Assembly: GCA_965222155.1 (NCBI GenBank)
Contig: CBDCTH010000012.1
Location: 1,888,001 to 1,952,000 of the forward strand
Origin: Gammaproteobacteria bacterium
Lineage (GTDB): Bacteria; Pseudomonadota; Gammaproteobacteria; Eutrophobiales; Eutrophobiaceae
DNA: 64,000 nucleotides
Direction: 5' to 3'
Below, in pieces: positions 59,848-64,000 of the stretch. The position numbers and the translations under genes were made by a program. Every line of letters starts with the position of its first letter. Position 1 is the stretch's first letter. The notes under the pieces were generated by a model. The model ran no database searches. It saw only the letters and a program-made list of their open reading frames with translations, and had not been told where the DNA came from.

Positions 59848-62124
59848 TCAGAATACGTACCTGAACGAGGTGGAAATGTTAATACCGGGACGGCTGAAGC
59901 GGTCGATATTGTCCCTGGGTATGCTCCCGGGGGGACCTTCCTGGCCGATGCCGCCAATGGCAAATACATCGCTCCATTGCCAGTACTTCTTGTCGGTGAG
60001 ATTGAATATGCCCACGTTGATATAGGCGTGTCTGTTGAAGCGGTATTCGCCAAGCAGGTCGAGCGTAACAAAGCCCGGCGTGGCAAAATACAGAAAGTCT
60101 TCTCCTTCGCTGCCGCTGCCATCAATACGGGTTTTACGTTTTACCGCGGTAAGCACCAGTTCCGCGTCCCATTTCTCGTTTGGCTGCCAGGACAAACCGA
60201 ATACCCCTTTCATGGGATCGATGCTGTTCAGCGGCTGATCCCTGTCCTTATCGTTACCCCGTGCATAAGCCACGCTGGCATAAGCCTGAAACCCGTTCAA
60301 TCCGGGGAAAGTGGCTCCGATATTCCAGTTGCCGGCAAATTCAATTCCTTTTATCTCGGCCTCCTCCAGGTTGGTAGGTTGAAACTCGAGCAACCGGGTC
60401 TGGCGATTGAACCCCCTGACAAAACTCGTTTCAATGAAATTTTCATATTCATTCAGGAAACCTGTCAGGCTGAATCTGCCGTATGGTCCCTGCCCACGGA
60501 TACCGAATTCGTAACTGTTGCTGCTTTCCGACTTAAGGTCTGCGTTGGGCAGCGTGGTATAACCACCGATGAAATTGGTGAAGGCACGATTTATATCGTC
60601 ATAAGGCGGCGCCCGGAACCCTTCGGCAAACTGCCCGTACAACGAATACACGTCATTGAGACGGATCACCGCACCAAGTTTGAACGATACCTGCTCGTCC
60701 TGGTAATTCTCCGGAATCGGCGTGCCGCGGTTACCGCTCAGGAACAAGTCGCCCGGTTTTGGCTCCATTTTATAGTGGTCATAACGCAATCCGGGAGTCA
60801 GCAATAACCTCTCACCGAACAGGGCTATTTCATCCTGCAGGAAAAAGGCATATTCCGTCGTCTCGGAGACCGGGAATCCCCGGGTCGGGAAGGTAAGGAA
60901 GAAGTTCGGGATGGCTGCGCCGGTCTGTGTATTGACCGTTCCCCCGTCACGCAGGGTCTTGCTGTCGGTTTCCTCGTACTCGAAACCATAAACAACATGG
61001 TGCTCCATCCCACCGGTATTGATTGTCCTGTCGAGTTGTAACTCCGCGCCGAAGACGTCCTGGTTGAAAGATGAATAGCGCTCGCGATTTTCCCGGCTCC
61101 TGAAACGCAGGTTGAAGCGTTCCTGATCGGTTCGCTGTACCGATTTCGAATCCTGGAAATAGAGATGCCATTTGGCGCGGGTAAACAGCCAGGTATCCCC
61201 GCTGTACTCATGGCCTATCATCAAACGATAACGTTCACGACCATCATCACCCCTGCTGGACAGGTTTTCATGGCTGCATCCTCGCGAAGTGCAGGTGAAG
61301 GTATTGTAGTCAGACAGGATATCGGTGTTGGTATCACTTTTATAATATTCCGCGGTAATGCGAAAACGGTTTGATTCATTCAAATCGTAAACCAGTTTGG
61401 CCAACACGTTATGGCTGTCAAAATCTTGCGGGTCCGCCTTGGAGCGACCCGGTCCGAGCGTGTCACCGCCGCCGTTGCTTTCCGTCTCTTCACCATCACG
61501 CCAGGTATACACCAATAACCCTTTGAGGACTTCCCCTCCTCCTGTCACGGTGGCAGTAGTCAGAAAGCTGTTATCTTCTGATGAATAACCGCCTTTGGCT
61601 GACAAGTACCAGGGGCGTTCAACGGCAGCCAGGTAATCCTCCGGGTCCTTGGTCAGGAAGGACACGACGCCGCCCAAGGCATCGCTGCCATACAGGGACG
61701 AGGCCGGGCCGCGCACGATTTCAACAGTTTTCAATGCATCGACATCGACAAAATCGCGCCGCGCCGTCATAAACGCGCCGAAATTATATTCATCGATCGT
61801 CGGTACGCCGTCCACCTGGGTCAGCACCCGATCATCACCGATACCGCGAATAGTAAAACCGTTCAGGCCGAAACGGTTTGAACCGCCGACGGATACGCCG
61901 GGTTCATAACGGATCAAATCGCGTATGTCCCGACTCAGGTTTTTCTCCACTTCATCGGCGCTGATGATGGAAACCGTGGCGGGAACATCTTCGAGCGAAC
62001 GCTCCACCCGGGTAGCCGTTACAGTAATATATTCAATCTCTGCAGCGTGACTCACCACATTGGCGGCAGTCAGGCCAACTAAAACAACCGCAGCAAATAA
62101 TCCAGACTCTGTGCCAAATCTCAT
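59848..62124 (-). CDS. TonB-dependent heme/hemoglobin receptor
   Basis: ITVTATR TonB box, RYEPGVSV, RGPASSLYGSDALGG, FRAP...NADL and C-terminal Phe. Confidence 0.92.
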   Translation of the reverse strand: MRFGTESGLFAAVVLVGLTAANVVSHAAEIEYITVTATRVERSLEDVPATVSIISADEVEKNLSRDIRDLIRYEPGVSVGGSNRFGLNGFTIRGIGDDRVLTQVDGVPTIDEYNFGAFMTARRDFVDVDALKTVEIVRGPASSLYGSDALGGVVSFLTKDPEDYLAAVERPWYLSAKGGYSSEDNSFLTTATVTGGGEVLKGLLVYTWRDGEETESNGGGDTLGPGRSKADPQDFDSHNVLAKLVYDLNESNRFRITAEYYKSDTNTDILSDYNTFTCTSRGCSHENLSSRGDDGRERYRLMIGHEYSGDTWLFTRAKWHLYFQDSKSVQRTDQERFNLRFRSRENRERYSSFNQDVFGAELQLDRTINTGGMEHHVVYGFEYEETDSKTLRDGGTVNTQTGAAIPNFFLTFPTRGFPVSETTEYAFFLQDEIALFGERLLLTPGLRYDHYKMEPKPGDLFLSGNRGTPIPENYQDEQVSFKLGAVIRLNDVYSLYGQFAEGFRAPPYDDINRAFTNFIGGYTTLPNADLKSESSNSYEFGIRGQGPYGRFSLTGFLNEYENFIETSFVRGFNRQTRLLEFQPTNLEEAEIKGIEFAGNWNIGATFPGLNGFQAYASVAYARGNDKDRDQPLNSIDPMKGVFGLSWQPNEKWDAELVLTAVKRKTRIDGSGSEGEDFLYFATPGFVTLDLLGEYRFNRHAYINVGIFNLTDKKYWQWSDVFAIGGIGQEGPPGSIPRDNIDRFSRPGINISTSFRYVF

Positions 62125-62149
62125 CTCATCACCTCGTTATCTTAGAGAG

Positions 62150-62215
62150 TCTGGCTTGCTAACTAGTTCCGCAATTCCGGTCCGGCTGGCGGTATGGGTG
62201 GCTGGCGTGACCCTG
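62150..62215 (-). promoter_or_regulatory. Putative HmuP/HemP-responsive leader with repeated GCCAGC motifs
   Basis: The minus strand reads CGCCAGCCA...CGCCAGCCG...AGCAAGCCAG between hemP and the receptor. Confidence 0.6.
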
Positions 62216-62227
62216 ATGGGTTTTTGT

Positions 62228-62383
62228 TTACTTGGTTAAAATCAACTTGTTATTTGCGGTAATGCGCAGAACATAACGTTCATTGTTATGCAGGATATAT
62301 ATCTCCCTGTCCCGGCCGAGCAGTTGACGACTATCCATCTGTTTCGGCGCAGGCAGTTTTTGTTTGTCACCTGCATTCGGCAT
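62228..62383 (-). CDS. hemP: Hemin uptake protein HemP/HmuP (51 aa; missing from the ORF track)
   Basis: MPNAGDKQKLPAPKQMDSRQLLGRDREIYILHNNERYVLRITANNKLILTK, with the KLILTK signature. Confidence 0.95.
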   Translation of the reverse strand: MPNAGDKQKLPAPKQMDSRQLLGRDREIYILHNNERYVLRITANNKLILTK

Positions 62384-62608
62384 TTAGTGACTATGCACAC
62401 TCATCTTGGCGTGCTCCTTGTGTCCGTAGTGTTCCCTGTAAATAGAGCTTAACGCCCCGCAGATATTCTCGAACACCTCTTCCCGCAGACGCAAACTCAG
62501 CGGACCGATATGCAGGTGATACATCCGGCAATCAGGGCATTGGGTTATCGAGCAGTATTCGGACTGGCCTACTGTCAATGTTTGACACGTGGTATGTTGG
62601 CTCATCAT
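62384..62608 (-). CDS. Small Cys/His-rich hypothetical protein, first gene of the heme operon
   Basis: CSITQCPDCRMYHLHIG and a His-rich tail; its stop abuts the hemP start. Confidence 0.7.
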   Translation of the reverse strand: MMSQHTTCQTLTVGQSEYCSITQCPDCRMYHLHIGPLSLRLREEVFENICGALSSIYREHYGHKEHAKMSVHSH

Positions 62609-62640
62609 CTCATCTCAAGGACTAACAACCTTATTATTGT

Positions 62641-62661
62641 AAATACGAATTATTCTCATTT
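62641..62661. promoter_or_regulatory. Fur box
   Basis: Minus-strand AAATGAGAATAATTCGTATTT resembles the 7-1-7 Fur inverted repeat and lies upstream of the iron/heme uptake genes. Confidence 0.8.
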
Positions 62662-62902
62662 AGTTTATTGCTACTATACGCAAATGTCAAATAAATTTTT
62701 GACATTAACGCATTGTCTTTGGCTGGTGACCGAAAATAGGTGATAATCTATTGATTATATTGAAGAAACAGGTGAAGCAGGAAGCTGTATTTGTTTCAGG
62801 AGATGATAGACTCCATCCCGATAGTCAGCTTATCATCTGAAAGCATGTCGGCTCTTAACCCTCCCTTATGTATAATTGCCCTGACCACCCTGCCAGTACC
62901 CA

Positions 62903-64000
62903 TCACGCATTCAGGGCATAATTCCAGGTAATCATCCACGAGGGCTCGTCAGCGGCGGCAACAAAGTCCGTATCGGTCCAGAACCCTGCCACTATGGCAA
63001 GCCTGTCACCGACGTAGATGAGCGGCACGCGTTCACGCAGCCAGGGCGGCGTCCCGGTTTCCTGAAACAGCTTTTTTAACTTATGCCGGCAGTGCCTGCC
63101 AGGCAGGTGGATTTCCTCACCACCGGTACGGTAACGCACTTCCACCAGTGCATCGACGCATAATTCTTTTTTTATTCCGTTGCCGTATCCTTCAACCGCG
63201 CTCAATTCACCATATTGCAAGCGACAGGGTCCGGTAAAATCCCATACCCGTGTCACGGACTTGTCAAACTCTTCCAGCGGAGCGGCAAGGTACATGTAAT
63301 TCCCGTGCCGTTGCAGTTCCGCTCCTTTCCACCTGACCCGGGCGCTGGAGTCATGTCTCGCCTCTATCATGTCTGAAACAATGTGGGATACATGCCGGCT
63401 GTCCGGAGACGGCAAATTCAGGGCGCGGCTCCAGTAACGCATCATGTTTTTCTGCCTGGGGATGGACAACCGCTTAACGCAGTCCACAGCTACCACGTCC
63501 GGTTTTTCCGTGGAGCAGTTGAGCAAATCCTGCCGTGCCACTTCGTCCAGCAACTCCTGTGTATCGGAAAAAGCCTGAATAGCCCGGCTAACCGGCTGGT
63601 CTACCGAGGGCCACCTGTTTTTTATTACCGGGATCACTTCATGCCGGACAAAATTTCTGTCAAACCGTTTATCCGCGTTCGAGGGGTCGTCAATCCAGTC
63701 CAGGTTGTTACGTCCGGCATAATCGAACAACTGTGCGCGGGAATGGTGCAGCAACGGTCGCGCATGCAAACCTCTGCCGAACTCTCGAACGGCGCGCATT
63801 GATGCCAGTCCCATCACCCCTGAGCCGCGAAATAAACGCAACAGCAAGGTCTCAAGCTGATCATCCTGATGGTGCGCGGTCAACAGGATTTCTCCCTCAG
63901 TCAGAATATTCTCGATAGCTGCGTAACGTTTGTGCCTGGCCCAGCTTTCCGGGCTTTCCTTTCCAGGGTCATTTGCATCGATGTCAATCACTTCAAGTTC
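62903..64000 (-). CDS. tilS: tRNA(Ile)-lysidine synthetase (5' end outside the window)
   Basis: TAHHQDDQLETLLLRLFRGSG, RPLL, DPSN, RNFVR and LKKLFQE..PPWLR. Confidence 0.95.
   Translation of the reverse strand, partial: ELEVIDIDANDPGKESPESWARHKRYAAIENILTEGEILLTAHHQDDQLETLLLRLFRGSGVMGLASMRAVREFGRGLHARPLLHHSRAQLFDYAGRNNLDWIDDPSNADKRFDRNFVRHEVIPVIKNRWPSVDQPVSRAIQAFSDTQELLDEVARQDLLNCSTEKPDVVAVDCVKRLSIPRQKNMMRYWSRALNLPSPDSRHVSHIVSDMIEARHDSSARVRWKGAELQRHGNYMYLAAPLEEFDKSVTRVWDFTGPCRLQYGELSAVEGYGNGIKKELCVDALVEVRYRTGGEEIHLPGRHCRHKLKKLFQETGTPPWLRERVPLIYVGDRLAIVAGFWTDTDFVAAADEPSWMITWNYALNA

Noticed and set aside
59838-60125. Long N-terminal extension of HmuT
   Set aside because: It overlaps the receptor gene; the signal peptide begins at 59837.

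Overview
This 64-kb window looks like a proteobacterial chromosome segment, probably Gammaproteobacteria; the species cannot be determined from the sequence. It falls into five parts. (1) 1-2.2 kb: the 5' part of a single-chain Type ISP/IIG restriction-modification gene. (2) About 2.5-21.7 kb: an accessory catabolic island with an amidohydrolase, an NMT1-like binding protein, an M29/NicX-like protein, a dead Xre-RES toxin-antitoxin pair, a Mo-oxidoreductase, ubiX and an arylsulfatase. It ends in a minus-strand operon: Rieske oxygenase alpha / SnoaL-CDGSH fusion / Tat-exported VAO-family flavoprotein / cytochrome c / UbiD / BsdD-like / second degenerate VAO flavoprotein. (3) 22-42 kb: housekeeping genes (ion transporter, SCO, psd, complete nuoA-N operon). 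(4) 42.6-56 kb: a defence island made of an apparently decaying Type I RM system with YhcG and a Gabija-like OLD nuclease + UvrD pair inserted in it, plus a Phd-VapC pair. (5) 56-64 kb: a Fur-controlled heme uptake operon (hemP, TonB receptor, hmuTUV, hutZ/hugZ) and partial tilS. The intergenic DNA holds many miniature palindromic elements from several families; some have clear terminal inverted repeats (TIRs) and target-site duplications (TSDs), and some are nested three deep. One inserted into the start of ubiD and supplies a new in-frame start codon. No rRNA, tRNA or CRISPR array was found.
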